Below are positions 1-14,336 of a stretch of 64,000 nt of DNA, piece by piece. This DNA comes from Amoebidium appalachense (lineage: Eukaryota; Protista; Ichthyosporea), in NCBI GenBank assembly GCA_963693365.1, contig CAVNZM010000002.1, positions 3,674,259 through 3,738,258 on the forward strand, read 5' to 3'. The notes beneath the pieces were generated by a model. That model did no database searches. It saw only the letters and a list, made by a program, of their open reading frames with translations, and had not been told where the DNA came from. Within the stretch, counting starts at the first letter, position 1, and every line of letters begins with the position of its first letter. Made by a program: the position numbers and the translations under genes.

Positions 1-390
1 GCGTGCTAACAGGCAGACACACCCATTCCCATATGTAGCAACAGGATGGTACTCGTTTTCATGAGTCACCAACTAATGACTTCTACACAACTTCGGCCTC
101 TTCTAGGCAATGGCAAAACCCCATGTACGATCCATGGTCGTTTGTTTAGAAGGCACTATAAGTCCCTTCACACCTCGCCTGATTCATTCTGTAAAAGGGG
201 AGACGCCCCCCTCCCACCCCACCCACCCCACCCCCCCTCCCCTCATTGCACATGACCCAGCCGATGAGTTTGAATGCTTGCGTGTGCATGTATATGCCAG
301 CTGGAAGGGGGGAGGGGGGTGGGTGGAGCGGAAAGGGGGGGGGGGGAGGGGGGGGAAGGGGGGGGGGGAAGGAGAGAGAGAAGGGAGATA

Positions 391-473
391 GAATCCAATC
401 CAGAGTGCAAAGAACACATTCATAACGAACAACACAATGAAAAAATTTGCATACACAGGCGGAGCCCATCCTC
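391..473 (-). mobile_element. Diverged 3'-end fragment of the same family (a similar remnant lies at ~10415-10522)
   Basis: A-rich tract ending GCGGAGCCCATCCTC next to a G-run, compared with family GCAGAGCCCATCCTC. Confidence 0.5.
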
Positions 474-622
474 GGGGAAGGGGTGGGAAAAAAGGGGGGG
501 GGGGGGGTATGCGTTAGAGGGTTGGAAATATGGAGGAGACAACAAAGAGCAACATCAAAAACGTCACAAAATGAGAAGCGTGCAAGGGGGGGGGAGGAGG
601 GGGGGGGAAGGGGTCACATACC

Positions 623-1086
623 AGCCAGACACTCCATGGAGCAGTATTTGAAGGTGAGCCGCTCAAAGGGGGTGACCCCCTTGAGATCCATACCGCAGTT
701 AAAGCAGCCCCCTGATTGGACAGCAACCAGTGTTAAAACTGCAGACTACAACGCCACAAGTGGACTACACATGCGCTTTCGCGCCTTGCCATCCCTCTCC
801 CCTGCCCTCTCCATCTCCCTCCCCCCCCCCCCTCCCCCTCTGTCTCTCAAACAAGGAAAGGACGGGGGGGGGGGGGGGGGGGGACATGGATGCTGCAAGC
901 AGGAGGCACATGCATGCACTTGACTAGAATACACAACGTGACCTAGTAACTGAGTGAGTGAGAGAGGGGGCTTGGGGGGGGGGGGGGGGGGGGGGTTGAC
1001 ATCGACTACTATATCGAGTGCACATTTGTCTGTTTGAATGACAGGGGGGTGTAGCCTGGGTACCGTGTGTGTGTGTGGGTAAATGT

Positions 1087-1130
<44 letters not shown>

Positions 1131-1273
1131 ATGGTGGCATTTGTAGTGCTGGGTGGGGATAGGGGGGAGAAGGCGAGGATAATAGGGGGTGCCCGTAGAT
1201 GTGAGCGAGTGATTGGGTGCATGTGTGTGTGTCGAAAAGCCACATCGATGTAAATCTCTACTTATCTACATGT

Positions 1274-1326
<53 letters not shown>

Positions 1327-1400
1327 TGTGTATGTGTGTGTGTGTGTGTGGGAGTACGCCTGTGTGCGTATGTGTGCGCGTGCCTCTCTCTCTCACTCTA

Positions 1401-1447
<47 letters not shown>

Positions 1448-1462
1448 ACATTTCCCCCTGGG

Positions 1463-1556
<94 letters not shown>

Positions 1557-1572
1557 ACACACATTTCCCCCT

Positions 1573-1653
<81 letters not shown>

Positions 1654-2125
1654 CTGCATGTGTGGATATGTGCATGTGTGTGCATATGTGTGTCCACATG
1701 TGTGCATGTGTATACGTGTGCACATGTATGTGTGCATTTGTGTTTGCCACCTACCGGGGGGTGGCTGCCTGCCCTGCAGTGACATCTGCCTGGCCCTCTC
1801 CTTCTTCTGATTGGCTAGCTCCTGCTGCCTCTTTTCTGCTGCCAGTGCTCTCTTCTCTCTCTCCGTCATCACTTTCTGTCACACATAACCCAACACATTC
1901 TATCGTTAGTTTCAACTCTGAACTAGGTTAAGTTTTTTCTGATACACAACCAACACACTTTATAGTTATTCTCCATCCCAGAGCCAGGTTCTTGCTAACA
2001 CACCAGCAGCCCAGCACACTCTTTTCCACCCTGGACTGGAGTCTCAATGTCATGAACAGTCTCATTACTTTCTTTATAACCCACACTTTGACTGTGCTCA
2101 TATCATGTCCCCTTCCTCTCGCTTA

Positions 2126-2168
<43 letters not shown>

Positions 2169-2375
2169 CGCAACCACACACCCACACACACACCCACACA
2201 CCTTCTCCCCTCACACACACACCCTTTCTCCTCTCTCTCGCTACCATACATCTTGACACACATGCTCACAGAAGCCAAAACAGACAAAAAACCAATCCAT
2301 CCACCTAACCACCGACCCCACCTTCCCCTCCCCCTTCCCCTCCCCCCCCCCCTCCCCCTCCCCTCCCCCCCCCCC

Positions 2376-2406
<31 letters not shown>

Positions 2407-2684
2407 AAAAAAAAAAAAGAAAAAAAAAAACAAGAAAAAAAAACACCCACCCACCTGCTTTGTTGCTGCTGTTGCCTGCTGTGCTCGTGCCTGTGCTTCT
2501 TCCTGCGCCTTGATTTGCTGCTCGGCTGCCTGGAGATACACAAAACGTTACACGTGGGCACAATAACAAATTGCTTGCGGAAATGTAGCTTAAAAAATTG
2601 GTGAAATTATTCGATTCGGCTAGGTATACCAAGTAGCCTGTCCAAGTTTTGACGGATTCTTTTTTCTTTTTTTTTTTTTTTTTT

Positions 2685-2715
<31 letters not shown>

Positions 2716-2868
2716 TTGGAGGAGGGGGTGGTTCGGGAAAGGTGAAATATACAGCAAGAAACACAGAACACACGAAGAACGGCGTGTAGATCATAAGAAG
2801 GAATGCAAAGGTGCACATCCAGATAGCACAAATTAGGGAAGGAGAGGGGGGAGAAGGAAGGGCTGAAG

Positions 2869-2900
<32 letters not shown>

Positions 2901-4206
2901 TGGTGGTGGTGGTTGGGGGGAGGGGGGCGGGAGGGGGGGGGGGGGGGGGGAGGGAGGGACGGGAGGGGAGGGGGGGGGGGGGGGGGGGGGGATATTGTTG
3001 GAGGAAGCAGTACCTCTCTCTCCTTTTCGACCTTCTTCTTCTCTCGTTTCTTCTCCTGCTCCTTCTTGCGCTTTGCTTTGAGTTTTTCCGCTTTGGCCTT
3101 AGCAATGGCCTCCTTTTCGGCCTTTTCAGCTTCAACTTCGGGGGTGAGAGGACTCGGAACACACGCCTGGAAGGACGGAAGGGAGGTGGGAAGGAAGGGA
3201 GAGGAATGAAGGAGTGAAAGGAAGAGGAGATGTGTTGTGGGTGTGTTGCGTTTGTGTGGGTGGATGGGTGGTGGAGGTGGGGGTGGGGGTGGGGGGGTGA
3301 GCGGGGGGGAGGGAAGAGCGGGTGGGGAGAAGGGCAGAGAGAGAGGGAAGAATTGGCTGAAGTGGGAGGGAGAGAGAAAAAGAAAAGGCAGGTATGTGTG
3401 TGGGTGTGGGTGAACGTGTGTGTAAATGTGTGGGTGTGCATGAGTGAGCAAGCAAGTTTGTGAGGGTAAAAAAATCGAGTAAGCGAGTGAGTGAGCGAGT
3501 GAGTGAGTGAGTGAGTGAGTGAGTGAGTGAGTGAGTGAGTGAGTGAGTGAGTGAGTGAGTGAGTGAGTGAGTGAGTGAGTGAGTGAGTGAGTGAGTGAGT
3601 GAGTGAGTGAGTGAGTGCGTGTGGGCGACCACACGCCTGCCTGTGTGCATATTGGTGTGAATGGCGATGGTGTTTCAAAATGTCTGTTACTTTGCTTACC
3701 ATCTACCAAATAAGGGCACATGCTTGGGCCATAAAGGCACATGAAACATCTATCACATAGGGAAATACCCTACCAATGCCTTATCACCTACCACTAAGAC
3801 CACTAAGGGACATATCAGATGTACCCAAAAAACCAGTTAAAGCATACAGCACCATTACCAGATAAGGTCATATCATACAATTATAAAACAACGGCATACC
3901 ACACCAATACCAAATAAGACAACTAAGGGCATGCAATAGCATTACCATACCATGTAAGGGTATTACACACCATTACCAAATACAGGCGTACCATTACCAT
4001 ATAAAGGCATACCATAACCATATAAGGGCATATCATAACCAAATAAGGGCAAACTATTACCATAAAAAGGCATACCATCACCATATAAGGGCATACCTTT
4101 GCATAGTCCCATTGGTCAGGCCTCCTACCCATGTGTCTGCGGAATGCATCTCTTGCGTCTTTCTCCTTAACCACTGTATCAAAACCCCCACCAGTCAGCC
4201 AGACAT

Positions 4207-4240
<34 letters not shown>

Positions 4241-5346
4241 ACCACCACCACCACCACCTGTCTTTCCCTCCGACACACACTCCAACCCCGGTGTTTTCAT
4301 CCTGTAAACCAATCCATCGAATTAAAGCCGAGTGCTTGAACGGATTCTACGTTGCCACTATTGTGCAGTCCTCGGGGGAATGGGAGGAGGAGGAAGAAGA
4401 GGAAGACAGATGGGTGGTAGCGGTGGTGTGTTTTTTTTTTTTTTTTCGGGGGGGGGGGGAGGGGGGGGAGGGCACAACGTACACAGATTGCCCCTTTGCA
4501 TCTGTAGGGTTCACCCACTTTGTACTGTCGTCGACACTCAAAGCAATATCATTCTCCTTATTTCTTTTTCAGGTCTCGCCCCATTTCTTTCCATCACCCA
4601 CATCCACTTGTTCTATCATTTTCCTTCTTCCTACCCTTCATCCTGCGTCCTGCTGGCTCCTTAACGTTAACAAACAATTTATCCGTGACGGACAGCAGTC
4701 CCCCGGGGACGCGCAACACCGGGGGGAGGGGGAGGAAGAGGGGGCATTTTGTAAGTCGGTGTGTGTGTGTGTGTGTGTGTGTGCGGGAGGGGGGGTATTC
4801 ATTTTTCTTTTCTTTTCTTTTCTCTTCCTTTTTTAAGGGGGAGGGGGGGAAATGAGTCGTGCACTCTTTCAGGGGGGAGGGGGGGAGGATGGGGGTCTTG
4901 CTTACAGAGGTAGGGGACTCGGACTCTGTAGTCTTTGACTGTTGGATCGGCCCCCAGGTTTAGAAGGAATGTGACCAATGAGGCATGGCCGTTAAAACTG
5001 GCGCAGTGTAGGAGTGTCCACCCATTGGGCTCATACAAAACGTTCAGATCCCTGGAATGGGGGGGAGGGGGTTGGGAGGAGGGAGGGAGGCAGGCAGGGG
5101 GGAGGGAGGGAGGGAGGGAGGGAGGGAGGGAGGGAGACAGGGAGGGAAGGACGGAGGAGGACGGAGGGGGAAGGAGGGGGTACCGGAAGTGATGCAGGGG
5201 GATGGGAGTGGGACAGGAGACAATTTGGGAGGGGGGAGGGGGGTTCATGGTCTGTTAACACTTTCTTTAGGCTGCACTGATTATGTACAGGCACTATCGA
5301 ACACGTGTTGTAACCGTACACGCAGCACGCACGTGGGCACGCACGC

Positions 5347-5430
<84 letters not shown>

Positions 5431-5455
5431 GTGTGTACGCATGCACGCATGCACG

Positions 5456-5486
<31 letters not shown>

Positions 5487-6191
5487 GTGTACATGCACAA
5501 CTGTATGTGTCTGTGTTAGTCTCTTTCTTTCATTCCTTTATCTTTATTTTTTTCCTGTTCAAATTTCTCTGGTCAACCAACAGCCATTTCGGCTATCTTG
5601 TTTGCGCACTTAGGCTGCTGTTAATTCGATACATTCCATTATCTAATCATTTTTCATTTCATAGTGAGAAACCACAATTTTTCCGGGAGGGGGGAGGGGG
5701 GGTATTATCTAGGCAGAACTATAATCAGCGAGGGGGAGAGGGGGGAGGGGAGAGGATTGAGCGGGAAAAAAGGGGGGGGGGGGGGAGGGGAGGGAGGGAA
5801 TCCTACCCAGAAAAATCGCCCGGTGCATCCTCCTCATCCCCCCCCTCCTCATCGCTTCCCTCCTCACCCACTGTCATGCCCAACCCTTCCTTCAACCCGT
5901 TCAAGTCCCCATTTTCACACGCCACATATGCGGCATCTTTCTCCTTCCCTTTTGGTGTAGGCGATAAACCCCCCCCACCACCACCTATCCTTTGATGTTC
6001 GGCAATATTTTCAAGCATAGACCCCCCTGTACGTAGTTGAATTTGCGCTGCTTGGTAGCCCCCTGTGGGGTCATCCGAGCACACGCTGTCAATGTCGAGG
6101 TCTGTGGTGGTGTCGCTGGCCATTGCAATTACGGATGTCGATGCAGACCCCCCCACTCTGGGAGGATCAGTTGTTAGAACACATGGTCCCC

Positions 6192-6226
<35 letters not shown>

Positions 6227-6424
6227 ACATACACACATACACACACATACGCACACCCAGTCTGTAAGCCACATGTCTCGGCTTTTTTGGCTCTCTGTCA
6301 CATGCAGCAACATAGCGCCGCCCCCAGGGAGGGGAGGCGGGGAGGGGCATAGGTTGGAGGAAAGAAAGCTAATGAAAAGAGGTGAAAGCGGAAATTTTCG
6401 GAGTGTGTTTTTTTTTTTTTTTTT

Positions 6425-6465
<41 letters not shown>

Positions 6466-7442
6466 GGGGGGTTAATACTTGCGCTGTGCAACGGACGGTT
6501 CCAACTGACGTAGTAGTGAAGCCGTGAGGGTTGGGGCACCACCAGAGGGGGGGTCTTTGCTGGCTGGGGGGGCAGATAGTGTGCACCGCTGTGGGGAACA
6601 TGTCAGGAGTAAATATCCCTCCCTCCCCCCACTATGCACCCACACACCTCCCCCAGGACCCCCCCTCCTCCCCCTCCCCCTCTAAAAAAAAACAAAAAAA
6701 AAAACCATTTTGCACCACAACCACTATCACCACCACCAAAAGAATTACACAACACCAACCCAACCATCAAACCATACTACACAAACCACACTATGACCAC
6801 TACTATCACCACCGTCTAAGATAAACACTCCCTTAACCAAACCCCCCCCCCCCCCTCCCCTCCCTCCCCCTCCCTCTTACAAACATGCACACGCACAACC
6901 CCACCAACACGTGCACCCACACCAAAGCCCTACAGGGATTCTCACTCCAAACCAGCCAGACCAATGAAGCTGATCATGCAGACAACATCATTCCCCTAGG
7001 AGGTCAAACTTGCAGAGTACACCTGAAATGTTTCATCCCCCCCTCCCCCCCCCCCTCCCTTCACCCCCTCCAGCTATTATCAAACGTTTTGCACAGCCTG
7101 TTTAAGATCACAAACCGGGCAACAGCCAGAAAGTGGACAATCTCTAGCGTGGCATAACGAGATTTCGTGTTAATTGCAGATTTCAGCGTAGTGAAGGGGC
7201 CATAGGGAGCCGACGGAAGGTGTCGGGTGGGCAGATGCACGAAAAGAGTCAAACATTATAACTCAAAAAAAAAAAGAAAAAGGGGGGGGGGAGGGGGGGG
7301 GGAATGCAAAGCAGGGTGCGAATTACATCTACACGATGAGAATCACGGTGCAGAACACAAAAAACGTAATAAAATGCAAAAGCAAGCATGCAAGTCTGCA
7401 ACATCAGCAACACGTAGTATGCAACAAGCAGAACCCATCATC

Positions 7443-7477
<35 letters not shown>

Positions 7478-7633
7478 GGCGGGGGGACAGTTTTACCTGA
7501 GTATTGAATGAACTCTCTTTACCTCCGCAAAGGTTGGTCTTCTCGTGGTGAAGGGGATGGGGCGCACCTTGGGGTTGGCTGTACGTGTGTGTGTCGTAAT
7601 GCGTGTGTTTGTGTGTGTGTTTGTGCTTGTGCT

Positions 7634-7680
<47 letters not shown>

Positions 7681-7959
7681 GTGTGCATGCGTGCGCGCGA
7701 TCGCGTGCATGTGTTTATGTGCCCATATGTCATTGCGTGCATGTCTTTGTGAGTGAGTCCAGGGGCACACATGTGTGTGTTTGCATGCCAAAGCGGTAAC
7801 AAAAGCATTTCCATAAAGGGGGCGCGAAGTACATGTGCAGGTTTACATATAAGGGTTCTATTGTGCATCGTCAGCGCATCTACATAGTAGGGCACAGAAT
7901 TCGCCAGAGCCGAGAGGATGATAGGAATGGCGGCAGCACAGTGGGCAGGGTGGGTGGGT

Positions 7960-7998
<39 letters not shown>

Positions 7999-8199
7999 AC
8001 CGACATACACAGCACACACGTACACTTCTATGCATTGCCTTGGTCGCATCTTCCCGTTCTTTCCCTTCTCATGATTATGTTCTTATTATTGTTTTGAGCA
8101 ATAGTATCAGTAGCATTATTATTATATGGGGGACGGGAGTGGGTCGGTTGGGGTTGGGGTGGTTGCAGAGGTTTGGGGTTTTAGGGTTTCGGGGGGGGA

Positions 8200-8230
<31 letters not shown>

Positions 8231-8855
8231 AGGGGGGGGGAACCTCTTTGGAAAGCACCCTCGTCCTTCTTTCCAGAGCCGAAGAAGTATCTTGCATTGA
8301 CACTGGGGGCACCAACGAAAACCTGTGTCCGTGGGGACATGGGGCCCGGGGGGGGGGGGGGGGGGGGGGGGGGCAGGAGAAGGAACCGTGAATAGAGAAC
8401 GGTGTTAGGGGAAGAGGAGGAGGGGGGAGGGAGGGGGGGTAGAGCAAAAAAACATAGTGCCAGGTACAATATTGATACAACGAAAAAAAATAAAAAACTA
8501 ATAACAGGCTGAGGGCCAACAAAAATTCAAGCACGCAGTAACTTTCGACACCAAGAAAGAAAAAGGGGGCATCATGGCAGTGTGCCGAAAAACTAGTGAG
8601 GCAATGGTAGGGGCCAAAAAAAGAAAAAGGAAAACTGTAGAATAAGATTTTACTTAAATTTGTGACCGACCAGTGTGTATGCGTCCTTGTTTGAATGATG
8701 TGTGGTTTCCACGATAATTCCATCTGCAATATTGGGTTGATCGGCATGTGTATGTATTGACGAGGGACGGAGGGAGGGTAGGAGGGGGAGGGGAAGGGAG
8801 AAGGTGTGGGCAACGAGGGGACGTGGGGAGAGGGGGAAAAAGGGAGTACCGGGGG

Positions 8856-8893
<38 letters not shown>

Positions 8894-9341
8894 TTACTAC
8901 TCACCAAGTCGCACTGGCTGAGTGGGTCCTTCCATTCCTTGGTGAGTAGCAGATAGATGGACTGCGGGGATTTTTCAGAATCAGGGGCGGGGAACGATCA
9001 AAGAGCCCCCCTCCCCCCCCACCCCTTTTTTAATATAAGATACCAGATACACGGGGTGCATGTGTATGAAGGGGGGGGGGGGGAGGGGGGAGAGGAGGGG
9101 GAGGAGAAGGGGAGGGGAGGGGGGGGGGGGGGGGGAGGGGGGGATATATGCATTGCCACACATAAAATAAATTACAGAACACGAAATCACGTAGGTAGTG
9201 CAGGAAGAAGATGCTCGAACAGATCAGGGGGGTCCCAATGTCTCCACACACACAGAGCACCACTATCACGTCCTCTTATCTTTCTCCCTCCCTGCCCTCC
9301 GCCCCTCCCCCTTCGCACGCACACACGCACACATACACACA

Positions 9342-9401
<60 letters not shown>

Positions 9402-9871
9402 CCTCTGCCAGCATAGCCTCATTGTGTCTGCGTATGCTTGCCCCCGCACTCTTTGGTGCACTGGTACCCGATGCCCCATCTCTCACAGACTGGATCGTGC
9501 CGTTCTTCTTTCGCACAACATACCGGTGGATGGTTTTGTGGTGTGTCACCGTGGTGCCGTCGAAAATGGCTCCGGCAAAGTGCCCACCGCTGAAGGGGGA
9601 TAGGAGGGAGGGGGAGGGGATATATGCATCAGAAGACGACGAACGTGGAAGCCAAGGCACAATAAAAGAAAAGAAAAAAAAGAAAGTAGGGGGGGGGGGG
9701 GGGGAAAGCACTCACGCACATCACCCCCCCCCCCCCCCCCTCCCCCCAAAAAACAAACACACACACAAGCACAGCTAACCAATCACCCACCTACACACCG
9801 ACCTACACATCCGCACATATTGCACGGAACATAAACGACACCATCACTCGAAATACACACATGTGCACACA

Positions 9872-9921
<50 letters not shown>

Positions 9922-9954
9922 AAAACACAGTCCCCCCCCACCCTCCCCCCCCCT

Positions 9955-10014
<60 letters not shown>

Positions 10015-11573
10015 CGAACCAACATACACACACACACACCCATCTACCCCCCCCCCCCCCCCCCCCCCTCCTCCCGCCTGCCCGCCCCTCACACCCACAC
10101 CCACACACACGTACCTGCACATGAAGATGGCCCACTTTGACTTCTGTGGAATCTGCCTCAGCCGTCCGAGCCAATCACAGTTGTCCTCTTTCGAACCCTG
10201 TGCCCACCATCCTCAATATATGCTGTTCCAACCAAACCCCATTCACTCCTCCCCTTCGCATCAAAAACACAAGGAAGCTCATTTTAGGCCAAACAGGCAA
10301 GAAACCTAAAGCGGCGAAGGTGAAACGGGAAGGGGATGGGAGCAGGTTTTTTCTTTTCTTTTCTTTTCTTTTCCTTTTTTTTGGAGGGGGGGGAGGGGGG
10401 GGGGGGGGGGGGGAGTATACACAAAAGGGCGGCAACCACATGAAAAAAACATCCCAAAAGCCCGCAAAAGGAACACGAAACAGAGACGACAACATGATAT
10501 GCAAACAGAGCCCATCATCATGAGTTTCCTGTGTAGGAAGTGAGGGGGGGAGGGGGGGGGGGGGGGTTTGAATGCGTCAAAAAGTACGAAGTACACAAGA
10601 ACAAACGGATAACACGATGCAGAATGCAAGCCATACATAAAGAGGATGCATAATAAGCAGAGCCCATCCTCAGGGGGGGCCCACGTCATCCACAGTACCC
10701 GAGTTTCGACCTATTCCCCTCGTTAACGAAACCCAACTCAGATACTGTTTCACTTGAACATGAGTAGGTCACCCGTCTTGATCAGAGACGAGCAGGGTTG
10801 CTTATGCAGGGGGGGGGGGGAGGGGGAAGGGGGAGGGCAAAAAGCAAAATCGACAACAATGTGTGCGTGTGTGGGCATGTGCTGATGCCTCTACATGTGT
10901 CCGTGCGCACTTTTCAGGGGGGGGGGGGGGTTGTTGCAACCCAACCTGCAAAACATGTCGCCAAACATAAAACACCTCCCTCTCGGCATTAGCAAACAGG
11001 ATCTTTGGTGAGCCACCGTTATTGTTCGTCTGTGCACCGTCAGAGGATGTAGTGGGGGCCAGCCAGTCTTGGCCCATGGGTTGGGATTCGGTGGGGAGGT
11101 CGGTTTCACTGTCGGAGCCAGATATGCTGGACATCTCTGGAAGGGGATAATGGGGAAGGGGAGGGGGGGGGGGGGGGGGGGGAGGGGAGAAGGGGGGGGG
11201 GGGGGAGGGAAATAGGAGAAGAGGAAGGGGGGGGGAGAGGGGGGGGGGGGGGAGGAGAAGGAGAGGGGGAGAGGGAAGGGGGAGGAAGGGGGGGGGGGGG
11301 GGGGGGGGTTAGGACGTGTTGCAGAGAACGAAGAACACATTCACGACAAAAACTCAAACAGGTTTTGCCAAACAAAACAAAACAAAACAAAACAACACCC
11401 CCCCCCCCCCCCCCCCCCCCCCCCCCATGCACCGCACACACACCACCACATATCGAAGAACACACATACGAAAGGACCTGCAACCGCTGACACACCGATA
11501 CCCCTCTCCCTGCCCACGTATATAACCCCCCCTCCCCCAACCTCCCCCCCCTCCCCCCCCAACCCTCCCCCCC

Positions 11574-11604
<31 letters not shown>

Positions 11605-11650
11605 CACACACACACACACCCACACCCACCCACCCACCCACACACCCACC

Positions 11651-11701
<51 letters not shown>

Positions 11702-12098
11702 CCCTCCTCTCCCTCCCCCCCCCCCCCCCCCCCCTTCCACACACACACATACACAAACACATACCAGCCACATGGTCTTCGAACTCCTCCTCGGTCATTA
11801 TGGGATTGCCTGCACGTGCCTCACCGGTCAGACAAAAAAAACCATAACATTCCTTTCTCACTTTCTTCTTTCCCCTTAAACAACCACGTTGATCCTTTCT
11901 CTCGTGGGCCAGATAATCAACCACACTATCCTTCTTTCATGCACGAGGCACCACACAATGTTTCAAATCTCCATGTTCTCCTCTTCAAAACAAAGGGGGG
12001 GGGAAAGGAGGAAAAGAAAGATGGGATGTGTGGGATGAATAGGTAACGGGTGGTGTGGAGGGGTAATATGTTGTTGTTGGTGGTGGTGTGGTGCGTGT

Positions 12099-12129
<31 letters not shown>

Positions 12130-12782
12130 GGGGGGGGGAAGAGAGGGGAAGGGGGGGGGGGGGGGGAGGGGGGGGGGGAGAGGGCGGAGAGGAGAAAGCG
12201 AATTCGTGCATTTCTTTCGATCCCCCCCCCCTCCCCCCCCCCCGGCGCCCCGTCAACACACCCACATGCACCTGACTCCCCCCCCTCCCCTCCCCCCCTC
12301 CCCTCCCCCCGCGCCAAAAAAAAAAAGAAAAAGAAACGAAAAGAAAAAGGGGGGGGGGGGGGGAAGAAGCCACAAAACAGGAGGGGGGGGGGGGGGGGGA
12401 GGGGGAGGAGGGGGAGGAAATAAAGGGAAAAGGGCGAAGGAGGTGGGAAATAGGAAAGCGAAGAAAATGAAACAAACCAGAGGAATGTAAGAAAAATAAG
12501 TGAGCCTCAGGGGAAAAGGAAAAGAAACGAAGAAGGAAAGGAGGGGGGGGGGGGGGGGGGGGGGAAACCAATAGAAGAAGGAAGAACAATAAGAAGAAAA
12601 AAGTTCGATGCACACTGAAGGCCACAAACCGACTTGTTCAAACGAGAAATGATCCCCCCCCCCCCCCCCCCCCCCCGGGCTTTCCGATGAACCCTTCCTC
12701 TCCACCGCCGCCCTCCCCCTCCCCCTCCGTCCCCTCCCCCACACGTTCAATCTCCTCCACCTCTTCGCCCTTTCACTTCCGC

Positions 12783-12813
<31 letters not shown>

Positions 12814-13466
12814 AAGGCGTATTCATCATCTCTCACCACCCCTCAGTGGTCATCTTCCCCAGTGCTACATGCACCCACCACCACCAGATCTCACGACCAT
12901 CACCACGTTCTACCGGATCTGTGCTGAGCCAATTTATGCTTAACACATGCCAACCTTACTTTTACTTTATATTTATGTTTTCCCCATCGTCAACTGTGTG
13001 CCTTTCACCTGCGCCATGCATTCATCAGAGTGCAACCAATACGAGGAAACCGGTGGGCTGGCTCCAGTCCCTCCACAGTGATTCGTAGCAAAACTCCTTC
13101 TTTAGCCCTTTTTCTGGTTCCCAATACGCATAAAGACTTCTCGAGTTAAGGCTCTCTAGATGCAACAGTCGCAAAAATAGACCACACAAGCCGCCTACAC
13201 CCACCTCTCATGCGTGCCTTAATGTTGGCACGATGCCAGTCCAGTTTGAAGTGTTGCCTCTGTTTCACAAGCAGTCAGAATGTGGGCTTCATAGGGTGGC
13301 CCAGGGGATGATGGAAGGGGACGGGAAGAGGGAGGAGGGGAGCGGAGAGGGGGAGGGGGGAAGGGGCCATGGGGAATGGAGGGGCGGGCTCTTGTGTGTG
13401 TGCAAGTGGGTGTATGTGATAGTGGTGGTGGTGGTGGTGGTGGTGGTGGTGGTATGATGGAGGAAA

Positions 13467-13499
<33 letters not shown>

Positions 13500-14336
13500 G
13501 CGAATGGTACTTCCTTACGACTTTCTGTTGAGGAGTGGACACTGTCAGTCTGAAGACCGGGAGTGGAGTCAGAGGAAAGAGTTGGGAAAGCATGGGGGGA
13601 ATTGGAGGGAGGGGGTGAGGAGGGAGGGAGGGGGGCAGGGGGGGCAGGGGGAGGGGGGGGGAGGGGGGGAGATTCCAAAACCAACTGCACCATGCTCCTT
13701 TGTGTAGCTCACCATCATCAGAACAGCTTGGACACGGTGCCAATATAACAAGTGGTTAGCTGTTCAAGGTAAGAGTAAAGTAAGGAACAGACCGAGTAAC
13801 ACCGGGTGAGGGGGGGGAGGGGGAAGGGGGGAGGAGGGGGGAGGAGGGGAGATCTCAGTGGAAATCTCACAACGCGCCCTGGAAATTACAGCCTGGAGTG
13901 AGGGCAAAAACACACCTGGTCTTCGAGGGTTGGAAAAGATGTATTACAGGTTGAGCAACCAAAGCCCTCCTCCTGCCCCTTGTCCGTAACATGACTTCTT
14001 GAGGCTTCAGAAGAAAGGTTGGGGCTCCCTTCATCTAAGACTGACCCCTCACTCTCCAGCGTGGGAGATGTGTCCCCATCCTGCTGGAAAAGAGTGCACT
14101 TGTCCAGGAATGACTGGGGGTAGGTGAATATGGGGACGCTCTGACTGCTTGTGCGTACCACCACCATGATGCAGAATATCCAAAAAAAAGAGCTTTACAC
14201 AGCAGTCTAGAGTTTCCCGAACATGAGGTGGTAAATACGGCAAAAGTGTGAACGTGTGGTGGGTTGTGTGCGTGTGCAGTGCTATTGATGTATATGTAAT
14301 TTCTGCCTACTTGCTCTTGCACTGTCCTGTTGTCAT
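623..14336 (-). CDS. ANKZF1: Ankyrin repeat and zinc finger protein 1 / Vms1 (VLRF1 tRNA-cleaving ribosome quality-control factor), multi-exon; final exon not identified
   Basis: Manually spliced exons: [23 protein letters not shown]; C2H2 finger [14 protein letters not shown]|[14 protein letters not shown] (13916-14145, ~13205-13259); SSISGSDSE (~11130); VLRF1 domain WAIFMCS|[10 protein letters not shown]...[21 protein letters not shown]...[12 protein letters not shown] (~9400-9590); [16 protein letters not shown] (~7520-7580); ankyrin [27 protein letters not shown] (~4925-5050); [19 protein letters not shown]|ACVPSPLT; coiled coil; C-terminal treble clef [28 protein letters not shown] (623-711). 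Splice phases are consistent where checked; exons at ~6200-7150 are unresolved. Confidence 0.93.
1270..1745. repeat. Compound (TG)n/(TC)n microsatellite, representative of many others (e.g. 30030-30170, 30660-30880, 44607-44820, 46380-46680, 59145-59420)
   Basis: Directly visible; source of the CVCV/HTHT/SLSL pseudo-ORFs. Confidence 0.95.
3485..3616. repeat. (GAGT)n tetranucleotide microsatellite
   Basis: Directly visible. Confidence 0.95.
3700..4096 (-). repeat. Degenerate 21-bp minisatellite starting at an ANKZF1 5' splice site
   Basis: Unit on -: GTATGCCCTTATATGGTGATG; about 6 clear units, then decay. Confidence 0.8.
7302..7444 (-). mobile_element. Old diverged 3'-end fragment related to type B
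   Basis: GAATGC...CACGATGAGAATCACGGTGCAGAACACA...AGTATGC...AAGCAGAACCCATCATC aligns with 19163-19292; poly-G on both sides. Confidence 0.7.
10567..10808 (-). mobile_element. Short 5'-truncated type A copy (3' tail plus structured core)
   Basis: Essentially identical to 22546-22787; poly-G on both sides; lies in an ANKZF1 intron. Confidence 0.88.
10653..10805 (-). ncRNA. Conserved structured RNA domain with pseudoknot (copies also at 17321-17473, 19273-19433, 19726-19886, 22632-22784)
   Basis: Hand-folding of the - strand gives several helices containing G-U pairs (these would be A-C mismatches on +), with compensatory changes between types A and B. See the findings. Confidence 0.7.

Noticed and set aside
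10665-10715. Canonical hammerhead ribozyme (CUGAGGA and GAAA present on the - strand)
   Set aside because: The sequence after CUGAGGA (UGGGC) cannot form stem II with the sequence before GAAA (AGGUC), and there is no stem III/UH arrangement.
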